In this document: positions 1 to 10,624 of the stretch, piece by piece | Layout of the letters: each line of letters opens with the position of its first letter | Position numbering within the stretch: position 1 is the stretch's first letter | NCBI GenBank assembly: GCA_963706595.1 | Contig: OY970166.1 | Location: 2,816,001-2,880,000 of the forward strand | Source of the DNA: an uncultured cyanobacterium | GTDB lineage: Bacteria; Cyanobacteriota; Cyanobacteriia; Cyanobacteriales; Nostocaceae | DNA length: 64,000 nt | Reading direction: 5' to 3' | Translations under genes and position numbers: made by a program | Notes under the pieces: model-generated | Seen by the model: the letters and a program-made list of their open reading frames with translations, nothing else | The model's database searches: none | What the model was told of the DNA's origin: nothing

Positions 1-139
1 TCACGTTGTGTGAAAAAGCTAACGCAAAACCTAACCCCCTAACCCCCTTCCCTACCAGGGAATGGGGAAAACTTAAAGCTTCTCTCCTTGCAGGGGAGAG
101 GAATGAAAGCGGGGTTTTCCAGATCCCGTGAAAAGTCAG
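1..139. repeat. MITE/REP-like intergenic element, left end probably cut by window edge
   Basis: Window starts TCACG, the reverse complement of CGTGA in CGTGAAAAGTCAG (127-139). The interior has hairpins (CTCTCCTTGCAGGGGAGAG) resembling those at about 18080-18120 and 60070-60110. Confidence 0.45.
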
Positions 140-200
140 CTTGACTGTTGCTAAATTAACAAAGAATATGAGAATTAAACCCAGCTAGCTACAATCGCTC

Positions 201-2219
201 ATGATATCTAATTCTACTCGTTTCCCAGATGTGAAAAATCATTGGGCTGGACTATTCATCGAAGAGTTAGCCACACGGCGAATTTTAAATGGTTATCCTA
301 ACGGGACTTTTCGACCAGATAACTCAGTCACTCGCGCTGAATTTGCCGCTATACTTGGAGCAGTATTTACAGTATCAGTAAAGCGTCAGTATGTCCCCTT
401 CGCTGATGTCCCAGCTAATCACTGGGCGATAAATGCCATTAAAAAGGCTAACGAAACAGGATTTCTCGTCGGTTATCCTGACGGGCGTTTTCGTCCCAAT
501 GACAGAATTTTCCGCAGCGATGTTTTAGTGGCGATGGTCAATGGCTTGGAGATAGCTGCGGCTGTTCCACCAGACTTGCTGAGTACGTTACCACAAATCT
601 ATCAAGATGCTGGGAAGGTCCCTGGTTATGCTAGAAATCAGGTGGCGATCGCCACGAGAACACAATTAATAGCTAATTACCCGAATCTGAAATTATTTAA
701 CCCGACTGTCGCTGCAACTCGTGCAGAAGTAGCAGTCATGGTCTATCAGGCTTTAGTTTATTTAGGTAAAGCTGATCAGATCGCTTCCAATTATATCATA
801 GTTCCCCCCAAACTTGTACCCACTTCTAAAACAGTGAGCGTTAATCATCGGCGAGAGTTTCGGGGGGCGTGGTTGACAACAGTCTGGAATAGTGATTGGC
901 CTTCCAAAGCCGGACTTTCCACAGCCGAACAACAAGCGGAATTTATCGAAATTGTCACTCGACTGCAAGCCTTGAATTTCAACGCCCTGATTTTACAGGT
1001 ACGTCCAGAGGGGGATGCTTTATATGCTTCCCAGTTAGAACCGTGGAGTGCTTGGTTGACAGGAACTCAAGGTATAGCACCACAACCATATTATGATCCT
1101 TTAGAGTTTGCGATCGCCGAATGTCACAAACGCAATATTGAACTTCATGCTTGGTTCAACCCCTACCGCGCCAAAACTAGCATTGCAGCTAGACCCAACG
1201 CCAGACCCCATATAGCTTTGACTAATCCCGAAGTCGTTTATCAATGGGGTAATCAACTATGGATGGACCCAGGAATTAAAATCGTCCAAGACCGGGCTTA
1301 TAACGTCATTATGGATGTTGTGCGCCGCTATGATATAGATGCAGTTCACCTAGACGATTATTTTTATCCCTATCCTATCCAGGGTCAGACCTTCCCCGAC
1401 AATCAAACCTATGCAGCATATAGATCAAATGGTGGTGGACTGAGTTTAGCAGACTGGCGACGGCAAAATGTTGACCAAATGGTATTGCGCCTATTTCAAG
1501 GAATCAAAGCCGCAAAACCCCACGTTAAATTCGGCATTAGTCCCTTTGGCATTTACCGACCAGGACAACCACCAGGAATCAGGGGCTTAGATGCTTATAA
1601 TGTCCTGTATGCTGATGCTAAAAAATGGTTAGAACAAGGCTGGGTGGATTATATGGCCCCTCAACTTTATTGGCGCATCGAACAAACAGCACAGAGTTAT
1701 CCCGTATTGCTGAAATGGTGGACAGAAATTAATCCTCAGCGACGACATATATATGTAGGGAACAATATCAGTCAACTCGATGGCAAAACTTGGAAAAATG
1801 ACGAGATTGACAAACAAGTTACGATTACGCGCAATCTAGCCGCTAACTTGTCATTGGGTAATATCTTTTTCAGCATGAATTCGATTAATCAAAATCGTCA
1901 GGGAATTGCTGACAGTTTCCGCAATTCCCTTTATGCCACCCCCGCCATAGTACCCCCTATGTCATGGCAGAATGGAACTGCACCAATACCACCCCATCGA
2001 ATACAAGTTGACAATCGTCGCCTCAGTTGGGACCCTGGGATTAATCAGTCGGTTCGTTCTTGGACACTTTATCGACAGACTGGTAACACTTGGATACTTC
2101 AGCGCATATTATCTGCTGGTACAACCTTCGCCACTGTGCAACAAGCCGGAACTTATGCAGTGTGTACAGTTGATAGGTTGGGGAATGAGAGTCAAGGTTT
2201 AATGATTACTGTGAGTTGA
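201..2219 (+). CDS. S-layer homology (SLH) repeats + glycoside hydrolase-like GHL10 (DUF187) protein
   Basis: Three SLH-type repeats (GYPNGTFRP..TRAEFA; GYPDGRFRP), then REFRGAWL, QVRPEGDALY, ELHAWFNPYRA and HLDDYFYPY motifs of GHL10/YddW-like proteins. Confidence 0.9.
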   Translation: MISNSTRFPDVKNHWAGLFIEELATRRILNGYPNGTFRPDNSVTRAEFAAILGAVFTVSVKRQYVPFADVPANHWAINAIKKANETGFLVGYPDGRFRPNDRIFRSDVLVAMVNGLEIAAAVPPDLLSTLPQIYQDAGKVPGYARNQVAIATRTQLIANYPNLKLFNPTVAATRAEVAVMVYQALVYLGKADQIASNYIIVPPKLVPTSKTVSVNHRREFRGAWLTTVWNSDWPSKAGLSTAEQQAEFIEIVTRLQALNFNALILQVRPEGDALYASQLEPWSAWLTGTQGIAPQPYYDPLEFAIAECHKRNIELHAWFNPYRAKTSIAARPNARPHIALTNPEVVYQWGNQLWMDPGIKIVQDRAYNVIMDVVRRYDIDAVHLDDYFYPYPIQGQTFPDNQTYAAYRSNGGGLSLADWRRQNVDQMVLRLFQGIKAAKPHVKFGISPFGIYRPGQPPGIRGLDAYNVLYADAKKWLEQGWVDYMAPQLYWRIEQTAQSYPVLLKWWTEINPQRRHIYVGNNISQLDGKTWKNDEIDKQVTITRNLAANLSLGNIFFSMNSINQNRQGIADSFRNSLYATPAIVPPMSWQNGTAPIPPHRIQVDNRRLSWDPGINQSVRSWTLYRQTGNTWILQRILSAGTTFATVQQAGTYAVCTVDRLGNESQGLMITVS

Positions 2220-2220
2220 A

Positions 2221-2262
2221 TCAGTTATCAGTTATCAGTTATCAGTGAACAGTTATCAGTTA
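2221..2262. repeat. Heptamer tandem repeat (TCAGTTA)n, STRR-like
   Basis: Six near-identical TCAGTTA units between convergent genes. Confidence 0.85.
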
Positions 2263-3231
2263 ACACTCAACAGAACAGTCGAATAAATGTAACCCTAATC
2301 GCTGGGAAAGTTCCTCACACACCTTGACTCCCCGGACGCTATTACCACGCACATCTAACAATGGTGAAAATACACCAATCCCCATTTTGTGGGGTACAAC
2401 TGCCATAATTCCCCCACAAACCCCACTTTTAGCCGGAATGCCAACGTTGTAAGCCCACTCACCAGCAAAGTTATACATCCCGCAGGTGTTCATGACGCTG
2501 AGAATATCTTTGATGTAACGACTATCTACCGCTTGTTCCCCTGTAACAGGGTTAATACCTTTGTTCGCAAGGGTAGCCGCCATTACCGCTAAATCTTGGC
2601 AGTTTACCATCACAGCGCACTGTTGAAAGTAAAGATCCAATGTTTCTTCAATATTTTGGTCAATCATGCCAAAATTCAGCATGAGGTGGGCTATAGCGCG
2701 GTTGCGATGTCCCGTACTGCGTTCAGAGGTAAAAACGGAGATATCCACAAGTGCATCGTGTCCGGTGTATTTGCGAAACATCTCCAGCACCCGGTTTAAG
2801 CGTTCGGTCGCCCCAGATCCTTTGATTAAACTGGTAGTGGCGATCGCACCTGCATTTACCATTGGGTTATAAGGTCGCTTCGATGTTTCATCCAGAATAA
2901 TGGCGTTAAACGCGTCTCCTGTTGGTTCAACACCCACTCTAGTTAAAACATAATCTCGTCCATGATCTTCTAAAGCCAGTCCATAAGCAAACACCTTAGA
3001 AATAGACTGGATAGTAAATTGTTGTTGATAATCCCCCACTTGGTGAATTTGGCCATCTACAGTCACAATACAAATGCTGAATAACTCCGGATTGACCTTC
3101 GCCAGTTCTGGAATATAGTTTGCTAATGTACCCTCTGTTTGCGACTTGTATTTAGAATACAACTCGTTGAGAACAGCTAAAAATGGCGCTGAGACGATTT
3201 CTAAATCTTCGGAATTTGCTTGATTTGCCAT
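2260..3231 (-). CDS. glsA: Glutaminase A
   Basis: [16 protein letters not shown] catalytic S-x-x-[29 protein letters not shown]. Confidence 0.95.
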   Translation of the reverse strand: MANQANSEDLEIVSAPFLAVLNELYSKYKSQTEGTLANYIPELAKVNPELFSICIVTVDGQIHQVGDYQQQFTIQSISKVFAYGLALEDHGRDYVLTRVGVEPTGDAFNAIILDETSKRPYNPMVNAGAIATTSLIKGSGATERLNRVLEMFRKYTGHDALVDISVFTSERSTGHRNRAIAHLMLNFGMIDQNIEETLDLYFQQCAVMVNCQDLAVMAATLANKGINPVTGEQAVDSRYIKDILSVMNTCGMYNFAGEWAYNVGIPAKSGVCGGIMAVVPHKMGIGVFSPLLDVRGNSVRGVKVCEELSQRLGLHLFDCSVEC

Positions 3232-3548
3232 GAGGCTGATGGTTTACTCTGAAAAATCATATTTTAGTCAATATGGCAAGCGAAAATGCCCGTACTTTTT
3301 GCTACATAGGTTTTCGTCTATTCATGCCATGGAAACTTTTTTTTATTGTCTCACCATTGATTTTATTTTGTTGGTAGAAAACTTTTAGTTACCAAATCAT
3401 CCCAATTGCTTATGTATATTTGGCAAAGCAAGAAGATAATTTAAATACTAAATTTTGGATTAATTTACGTGTAATTACGTTTTATAGATATAAGAAGTTC
3501 ACTTCAATCTAGCAGCCATCCTCTAGCTGATTGAAAATCTGTAATTCC

Positions 3549-3564
3549 TGTAAGTCTTGATACA
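3549..3564. promoter_or_regulatory. Candidate NtcA box (TGTA-N8-TACA)
   Basis: TGTAAGTCTTGATACA in the glsA/rlpA divergent intergenic region. No canonical TAN3T found at 22 nt spacing on either strand. Confidence 0.35.
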
Positions 3565-4030
3565 CAGTATTTACAGTCGGATGGACAAAATTCATTGACC
3601 AAATACAATGAAGCATTTGCACCGCATTTTGGGGAAAATATATCGAATTTTTATCTACATTATTTAAGAAAATTATATGTTCTTTAAACTACATTTTTAT
3701 ATAAGGAGTCTTACAGCCAATTTTCAACCGCCACAATGTTAAAGTTTCGTATTAAAAATTTTATTAATTGAAAAAAACGTTACATAGTCAAAATCCTCAT
3801 TCAAGAACGGTTCTACCCTAGAAATTGAAATTTAAATTGAATCAAATGATGTATATCTACGCTAAAACCCTGATCCCCAAGCTTAAAAATTCATGTTAAT
3901 CTGTTGCAGTTAATAAACAAAAAGTGAGAGCAGAACCAGTTCCAGTTATTAGGAATACGTCACTTTCAGTGGCAAAAAATCCCACCAACTTAGAAACCTC
4001 TGCTCTATAGTCGCTTTAAAAATCGGACGC

Positions 4031-5140
4031 ATGAATCAAAGATATTTGTGGACTATTGTCGCCCTGTTTCTGACTGCTGTGGGTATGCCCTCAGTCGGTC
4101 ATACTCAAACTACTACGACAAAGGAAACTACTCCAGTTTCTCAAAAATCATCGGTTAGTGATGCCGTTAAAGTAGGAGAGTTTAAAACCTCAGCAGGGAA
4201 ATCTACCTCTGATGCTGTGATGATTACAAACATTCATTCTCACAACATTGGAGATCGTAAGGCGGCAACCCTGTTTATCAAAAACATTCCAGTTCTCACC
4301 TTTTTGAGTTCTCAGCCAGTTGCGAGTGTTGATACAAAAGTTGGTGTAATTGGAGATAATGAGGGACAACAGTCGTATGCCCTAATTGCGGGTAACTCAG
4401 CCAAGTTAACCAATGTCGGGAGTTTTACGAATGCGAGAAACCAAAAGAAATCGCTTCATGATGACCCGGTTCATAGAGCTGGTTTAATAGCAGCTAGTAT
4501 TAACCAGATAGTCCGCAATAGTGAGGACGCTGAACAAATTACCGTCAGTTGGAAGGGCGAGGGCGAATCTACAGCCAATCAAGCCCAGAATAAAAGTGCC
4601 TCTGTCCAACAACAGCCAAAGGAACGGTATACGATCAAAATTAATGACCAAGAATTGGTAGAAATCAATGCAAAAACTATCCTAGCAGGTACTACCGATA
4701 ATCTTGCCCAAGACGCATTGCAAGCAACTAATCGCTTGCGGAGACTGATTGGCGATGCTTCTCCCATCACGGAAATTGCTGGTTTACCAGAACTCACCAG
4801 AATTTCTATGCCACAGCAGGGACAGCAAATCGCCAACAATATCCGACTCAGTTTCCGAGGCATAGCTTCCTTTTACGGTCGCGGTTTCGCTGGTAGACCG
4901 ACTGCAACTGGTGAGAGATTTAATCCAGAAGCGATGACTGCCGCCCATCGTAGCTTACCCTTTGGGACAAGAGTCCGTGTCACCAACACCCGCAATGGTC
5001 GTTCTGTTGTCGTGCGAATCAATGACCGTGGACCATTCATTCGGGGTCGAGTCATCGATGTATCTACTGGTGCAGCTAGAGCTATAGGCATGATTAACAG
5101 TGGTGTTGCACCAGTCAAGATTGAAGTTCTGGGGAGATAA
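4031..5140 (+). CDS. rlpA: Septal ring lytic transglycosylase RlpA family protein
   Basis: Signal peptide; C-terminal DPBB domain GIASFYG..TATGERF..MTAAHRSLPFGT..VRINDRGPF..RVIDVS. Confidence 0.92.
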   Translation: MNQRYLWTIVALFLTAVGMPSVGHTQTTTTKETTPVSQKSSVSDAVKVGEFKTSAGKSTSDAVMITNIHSHNIGDRKAATLFIKNIPVLTFLSSQPVASVDTKVGVIGDNEGQQSYALIAGNSAKLTNVGSFTNARNQKKSLHDDPVHRAGLIAASINQIVRNSEDAEQITVSWKGEGESTANQAQNKSASVQQQPKERYTIKINDQELVEINAKTILAGTTDNLAQDALQATNRLRRLIGDASPITEIAGLPELTRISMPQQGQQIANNIRLSFRGIASFYGRGFAGRPTATGERFNPEAMTAAHRSLPFGTRVRVTNTRNGRSVVVRINDRGPFIRGRVIDVSTGAARAIGMINSGVAPVKIEVLGR

Positions 5141-5189
5141 TTCTTCAAAGTAGGACAAAGGGACAAGGAGGACAGGCAATTCTTCACCG

Positions 5190-5420
5190 CCTACTCCCTA
5201 CTCCCCAGAAGAGGCAGGGGAGCAGGGCGCACCGGAGTAAGGGGGAGTTAAGAGGCAGGGGTGCGGGGTGCAGGGTGCAAGGGGGAGTAAAAAATTACTT
5301 TAAACTTCCGGTTACTTAGCAAGCATTCTTCTTCTCCCCTGCCCCCTGCCCCCTGCCCCCGTTCCTCTTCTCCCCTGCCCCCTGCCCCCTGCCCCCCTGC
5401 CTCATTCCACCCATTCCCCT
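5190..5420. repeat. Opposed heptamer arrays (GCAGGGG)n / (CCCCTGC)n
   Basis: G-rich units at about 5210-5290 face C-rich units at about 5335-5403, able to form a long imperfect stem. Confidence 0.8.
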
Positions 5421-5473
5421 ATTTCAGATATAAACTAACGGGGGAGAGGCTTAAAAAGAACTAGGGGAATTTT

Positions 5474-7078
5474 GTGCGCCTGCTGACAACAGTCGCAGCT
5501 TTACGCTGCTATTTAAATAAACGCTGTGCAGAAAATCAGCTAAGGGTTCCAGAAGATTTGGAACTAGATGAGATAACTAGCTGGTACCAGACGGCTGTCG
5601 GTTTGGTGCCAACGATGGGAGGATTACATCAAGGTCATTTAAGCTTGATTAAAAGAGCCAAGCAAGAAAATTCTACGGTGATTGTCAGTATTTTTGTCAA
5701 TCCCCTGCAATTTGGTCCCCATGAGGATTATGAACGTTATCCCCGGACTTTAGAGCTAGACCAACAACTCTGTAGACAAGCAGGAGTAGATGCGATTTTT
5801 GCACCCACTCCGGAAGAAATGGGTGTTTCTCAGAAAAGTCTTCAAGAATCTCAAGTTACACAAGTCACGCCTCCATCTGCTATGATGTTAGGTTTGTGTG
5901 GTCGTTCTCGGACAGGTCACTTTCAGGGTGTAGCAACGATTGTTACCAAGCTTTTGAATTTGGTACAACCTGACCGAGCCTACTTTGGACAAAAAGATGG
6001 TCAACAACTGGCTATTATTAGACGGCTGGTGGCTGATTTGAATTTGCCAGTAGAGGTTGTTGCTTGTGCAACGGTGCGGGAAGCTTCGGGTCTAGCTTTA
6101 AGTTCTCGTAACCAATATTTGACTGCACGAGAAAAAGAGCAAGCAGCAGTTTTATATCGAGGTTTACGGGCTAGTTTAGCTGCATTCAAGGCTGGTGTTC
6201 GTGACAGCAGCGAGTTGATAGCAGTGGTACAGCGAGAACTGGCAAAGGTTAGTAATCTAATCGTGGAATATATTGAATTGGTGGAACCGACTACGTTAAT
6301 GTCTTTAGAAACAGTTGAGGAGGAAGGAATGCTGGCGATCGCAGCTCGTCTTGGTTCGACACGTTTGATTGATAATATGATCTTGAGCGATCGCCAACCC
6401 ATCATCGCTATCGATGGACCAGCAGGGGCTGGCAAGTCCACAGTGGCTCGTCAAGTAGCAACCAAGCTTGGTTTAGTGTATCTGGACACAGGGGCTATGT
6501 ACCGCGCTGTGACTTGGCTGGTGCTACAACAAGGTATTGCCATTGATGATGAATATGCAATTGGGGAATTAGTCAGTCAGTGTAACATTGAACTTACCCC
6601 CAGCCATGATCTGCAATCTCCTGTCAGAGTTTGGATTAATGGTACTGATGTCACTCAGGCAATTCGCACAATTGAGGTGACATCCCAAGTATCAGCAATA
6701 GCTGCACAAAGTGCTGTGCGTCAAGCACTCGTTAAACAACAGCAAAGCTGGGGTAAAAAAGGTGGTTTAGTCGCAGAAGGTCGAGACATTGGGACTCATG
6801 TATTCCCCGATGCCGAAGTTAAAATATTTTTAACCGCCTCAGTCAGTGAACGCGCCCATCGTCGTCAGCAAGACTTTCAAGAACAGGGTCAACCCGAAGT
6901 GAATTTAGAGCAGCTAAAACAGGACATCGCTGAACGTGACTGGAAAGATAGCACTCGTAAAGTTTCACCTTTACAAAAAGCAGCAGATGCAGTTGAAATC
7001 CAGTCTGATGGTCTTAACGTCTCTGAAGTCACAGCCCAAATCGTTAATTACTACCAACAACGCTTATCTCAGTTGTAG
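5474..7078 (+). CDS. panC/cmk: Bifunctional pantoate--beta-alanine ligase / cytidylate kinase
   Basis: VPTMGGLHQGH, SIFVNPLQF, FGQKDGQQ, GLALSSRN, RLIDN; then IDGPAGAGKST, LDTGAMYR, EGRDIGT. Confidence 0.97.
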   Translation: MRLLTTVAALRCYLNKRCAENQLRVPEDLELDEITSWYQTAVGLVPTMGGLHQGHLSLIKRAKQENSTVIVSIFVNPLQFGPHEDYERYPRTLELDQQLCRQAGVDAIFAPTPEEMGVSQKSLQESQVTQVTPPSAMMLGLCGRSRTGHFQGVATIVTKLLNLVQPDRAYFGQKDGQQLAIIRRLVADLNLPVEVVACATVREASGLALSSRNQYLTAREKEQAAVLYRGLRASLAAFKAGVRDSSELIAVVQRELAKVSNLIVEYIELVEPTTLMSLETVEEEGMLAIAARLGSTRLIDNMILSDRQPIIAIDGPAGAGKSTVARQVATKLGLVYLDTGAMYRAVTWLVLQQGIAIDDEYAIGELVSQCNIELTPSHDLQSPVRVWINGTDVTQAIRTIEVTSQVSAIAAQSAVRQALVKQQQSWGKKGGLVAEGRDIGTHVFPDAEVKIFLTASVSERAHRRQQDFQEQGQPEVNLEQLKQDIAERDWKDSTRKVSPLQKAADAVEIQSDGLNVSEVTAQIVNYYQQRLSQL

Positions 7079-7110
7079 TAACCGTAATTTAATATTACTT
7101 CTTCGCTAAA

Positions 7111-7143
7111 GATAATGGTGAGCAGTTCTACCTCACCATTATC
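7111..7143. terminator. Perfect 12-bp hairpin after panC/cmk, probable terminator
   Basis: GATAATGGTGAG-N9-CTCACCATTATC. Confidence 0.6.
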
Positions 7144-7372
7144 AAAATCATGCCAAAAATCTTATTTATAATTATTACTTCAGAGGAAGATAGGAATTTA
7201 GGTTAAATAGCACAGTATTTTGTCGCAATCCTCCCTTTGGTAGTAGAATAACGATGTTAAGTTTTATATCCTGTACTAATTGGATATACGACGCATACGC
7301 ATAAAACCTGTCGTTTCCTAAGTTGTGACAACAGCTTGAAACTGGAAAACAGTAAAGAGAGGATTTGATAAA

Positions 7373-7975
7373 ATGGCATTTACACAGCCCCCCTTACCTT
7401 ACGATTTTAATGCTCTAGAAGCATACGGTATGAAAGGCGAAACCTTTGAGTATCACTATGGCAAACATCATGCAGCCTATGTGACCAACTTAAACAAGCT
7501 GACTGACGGAACAGAACTGGCTGACAAGTCTCTAGAAGAAGTAATCCAAATTGCCTTTAAAGACTCCTCGAAAATGGGAATCTTTAATAATGGCGCTCAA
7601 GTTTGGAATCACAGCTTTTTCTGGAATTGTTTAAAGCCCGCAGGTGGTGGCGCACCCACCGGCGACTTAGCAGCCAAGATTAATCAGGATTTTGGTAGCT
7701 TCGACAAATTCAAAGAAGAATTTTCTAACGCGGCTGCAACTCAGTTCGGTAGTGGTTGGGCTTGGTTAATTGATGATGGTGGAACTCTGAAGGTGATGAA
7801 GACACCAAATGCAGAGAACCCCTTAGCTCATGGCAAAAAGGCACTCTTAACCTTGGATGTCTGGGAACACGCCTATTACATCGACCATAGAAATGCTCGT
7901 CCTGCTTTTATCAAGAACTTTTTAGAGCAATTGGTAAATTGGGACTTTGCTGCTGAAAATTACGCTAAAGCTTAA
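7373..7975 (+). CDS. sodB: Fe superoxide dismutase
   Basis: HYGKHHAAYV, FNNGAQVWNHSFFW, QFGSGWAWL and DVWEHAYY; the AQ and FGSGW signature is Fe-type. Confidence 0.96.
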   Translation: MAFTQPPLPYDFNALEAYGMKGETFEYHYGKHHAAYVTNLNKLTDGTELADKSLEEVIQIAFKDSSKMGIFNNGAQVWNHSFFWNCLKPAGGGAPTGDLAAKINQDFGSFDKFKEEFSNAAATQFGSGWAWLIDDGGTLKVMKTPNAENPLAHGKKALLTLDVWEHAYYIDHRNARPAFIKNFLEQLVNWDFAAENYAKA

Positions 7976-8060
7976 TAATCTGTCAGTTTGTCCATGACTT
8001 CCATGCTGGCTGATTCCAGATATTTCCAGCAGTAAAAATCAGTGAATTGACGAATACTGC

Positions 8061-8092
8061 AAGCAGTCACGAATAGTATCGTGGCTGTTTTT
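8061..8092 (+). terminator. Probable rho-independent terminator of sodB
   Basis: GCAGTCACGA-loop-TCGTGGCTGT followed by a T run. Confidence 0.6.
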
Positions 8093-8130
8093 GCTTACTC
8101 ATGTATCGTAAACGTAGTGAGGTCAAAAAT

Positions 8131-8337
8131 ATGGATAGTACAGAACTAGCAAAATATCTAGAATCAACAAATAGCATTGCCAAGCCTTGGCTACTAGTAC
8201 AGCTGCGGCTGAAGAAATTACAAGAACGCCGCGCTAATATTTCCGAAGATACTTACGCCAATGAGTTGGCAGACATCCACGAAGATTTGATGCACTTGGG
8301 TGAATGGTGGCGTGGTCTGGAAGAGGAAGTCTTTTAG
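8131..8337 (+). CDS. Small hypothetical protein (68 aa)
   Basis: MDSTEL...GEWWRGLEEEVF. ATG follows GAGG; helical composition; fills the gap between sodB and purM. Confidence 0.75.
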   Translation: MDSTELAKYLESTNSIAKPWLLVQLRLKKLQERRANISEDTYANELADIHEDLMHLGEWWRGLEEEVF

Positions 8338-8345
8338 TGCCTCCT

Positions 8346-8410
8346 TGACTATGGACTATGAACTATGGACTAATGACTAATGACTAATGACTAATGACTA
8401 ATGACTATGG
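8346..8410. repeat. Heptamer tandem repeat (TGACTAA/TGACTAT)n, STRR-like
   Basis: About nine units running into the purM start codon. Confidence 0.85.
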
Positions 8411-9436
8411 ATTATCGGGATGCTGGGGTTGATGTTGAGGCAGGTAGAGCCTTTGTAGACCAAATTCGCAATTTAGTTCACAGGTACTTTTAGACCAGAA
8501 GTAATTGGTGGACTAGGTGGTTTTGGTGGTTGCTTCCAACTACCAGGGGGTTTTAAAGAACCAGTGTTGGTTTCGGGGACTGATGGTGTCGGCACAAAGT
8601 TGAAAATCGCTCAGGTTCTCAACCGACATGATACAGTTGGCATTGATTTAGTGGCGATGTGTGTTAACGATGTGTTGACATCAGGTGCAGAACCACTGTT
8701 TTTTTTAGATTATGTGGCTACCAGTAAATTAGAACCAGAACAACTAACTCAGGTGGTAGCGGGGATAGCTTCTGGGTGTAGGTTGGCGGGTTGCGCTTTA
8801 TTGGGAGGAGAAACCGCAGAAATGCCGGGTTTCTACCAAGTGGGTGAGTATGATTTGGCTGGGTTCTGTGTGGGAATTGTGGAAAAAAGCCAGATGTTGG
8901 ATAGTTCTCAGGTGCAAATTGGCGATATTGCGATCGCACTTCCTAGCACTGGTGTACACAGCAATGGCTTAAGTTTAGTGCGGAAAATTGTTGACTCCAA
9001 ATCATTGGCTTGGGATGAACGCCCAGAATTATTAGGTGGTGAAACTATCGCCGAAGCTTTCCTCAAACCGACACAAATTTATGTCAAGCCTGTTCTAGCA
9101 GCTCGTCAAGCCGAGTTAGAAATTCATGGTATGGCTCATATTACAGGTGGTGGCTTACCAGAGAATTTGCCCAGATGTTTAGGTAAAAATCAAAGCATTC
9201 AAATTCACGCCAATAGTTGGACTATTCCGCCGATATTTCAGTGGCTAGCTGAAGTCGGCTCAGTCAGCGCCGAAGCTATGTACAATACTTTCAATATGGG
9301 AATTGGGTTTGTGCTGTTAGTACCACCCCATCAAGTAGAACAGACAATCACCTTTTTTAAATCACAGGATATTTCCGCTTTGGCAATTGGTGAAGTTATT
9401 GCAGGTTCTGGTACATTAGCAGGTCTGCCATCATAG
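8407..9436 (+). CDS. purM: Phosphoribosylformylglycinamidine cyclo-ligase (AIR synthetase), with apparent +1 frameshift at about 8483
   Basis: [13 protein letters not shown] start at 8407 hits TAG at 8491. The next frame continues [43 protein letters not shown]. Confidence 0.93.
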
Positions 9437-9501
9437 CACAAATTCTGCTCTCGTGCAATTTGTCGGCAATTGGATGCAACATTGTTCGTGCGTCTATCCT
9501 T

Positions 9502-9525
9502 GTAGAGACGCGATTTATCGCGTCT
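9502..9525. repeat. Short palindromic GTAG-type repeat
   Basis: GTAGAGACGCGATTTATCGCGTCT; relatives at about 21626-21652 and 57835-57861. Confidence 0.7.
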
Positions 9526-9775
9526 AATTCGCTAATCAATTTAATCCGTAGTCAAATATGTCCAGAAAAATTTTTTACTAGCTTTATATCAGCAATTGGA
9601 AATACTCATGACCATCAGCATTGAGATTTGCTAAGGTAGTCTTAACATATTGAAAAATTTGGCTAATAAGGCTGAGAAAATAATTACTGACACTTTGAAG
9701 TGCTGGAGTTATTTTTACCTCTAGGTGTGCGGTGTTGGTGTATGGACAATAAAGTATTTTCATTGATAAAAGATT

Positions 9776-10462
9776 ATGGTTGTAAATTTTGCTCGGACAT
9801 CTACGAACGCAGACATTTTAAGGCAAGTCTTCCACAGTGTTGATGCCCAAAGCTGTCCCAAGTTATTCAATTTTCACATGCATACTGTCCACTCAGATGG
9901 CAAGTTGCAACCAAGTACATTGATAGAACAGGCGATCGCCATCGGATTACAAGGATTGGCGATTACAGACCACCATAGTATTGGAGGGTATCAAGCAGCA
10001 CAAGCTTGGTTAGAAAACTGGAAATGGAGAAATTCCCATGAGAATAGTCCTTACTTATGGAGTGGGGTAGAAATTAATGCCAACCTTTTGGATGTGGAAG
10101 TGCATATTTTAGCTTATGCCTTTGAGCCAGAACATCCTAGTATCCAACCCTATTTGCAAAGTCAACCGACTACAGGCAAACACTATCAAGCACATAATGT
10201 CATTGCTGCCATCCAGCAAGCCGGGGGTTTGGCAGTTTTAGCTCATCCAGCCCGTTACAAGCGATCGCACTTTGACTTAATTCCGGCGGCGGCGGAACGG
10301 GGAATTGACGGTGTGGAGGCTTTCTACGCATACAAAAACCCCAAACCTTGGAAACCAAGTGTTTTGGAAACACAACAAGTACAACAGTTAGCCGATGAAT
10401 ATCAACTCTTTAATACCTGTGGTACTGATACCCACGGTTTAAGTCTGTTACAAAGGTTGTAA
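9776..10462 (+). CDS. PHP-domain metal-dependent phosphoesterase (TrpH/YciV-like)
   Basis: FHMHTVHSDG, AITDHH, GVEIN, VHIL, LAHP, GTDTHG. Confidence 0.9.
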   Translation: MVVNFARTSTNADILRQVFHSVDAQSCPKLFNFHMHTVHSDGKLQPSTLIEQAIAIGLQGLAITDHHSIGGYQAAQAWLENWKWRNSHENSPYLWSGVEINANLLDVEVHILAYAFEPEHPSIQPYLQSQPTTGKHYQAHNVIAAIQQAGGLAVLAHPARYKRSHFDLIPAAAERGIDGVEAFYAYKNPKPWKPSVLETQQVQQLADEYQLFNTCGTDTHGLSLLQRL

Positions 10463-10624
10463 AGAGAAATAAACTTTGATTAACAGTTTGGGTATTAGTA
10501 GCCAAAGCGCTACGAAAGATTAAAATGGGATATGGTCTAAACAAGCACTGCCCGCCAGCAAGGACATACTTATTCCCCATCCTGATAAACTTGTTTAGCA
10601 AAGCACTTTTGACAGTCTAAAACA

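Noticed and set aside
8346..8410. Tandem arrays here and at 2221, 15953, 28200 and 55700 as CRISPR
   Set aside because: They are contiguous 7-mers with no unique spacers and no cas genes; typical Nostocales STRRs.
8480..8500. Programmed ribosomal frameshift in purM
   Set aside because: No canonical slippery heptamer or known precedent; removing one G restores the expected protein, so an indel is simpler.
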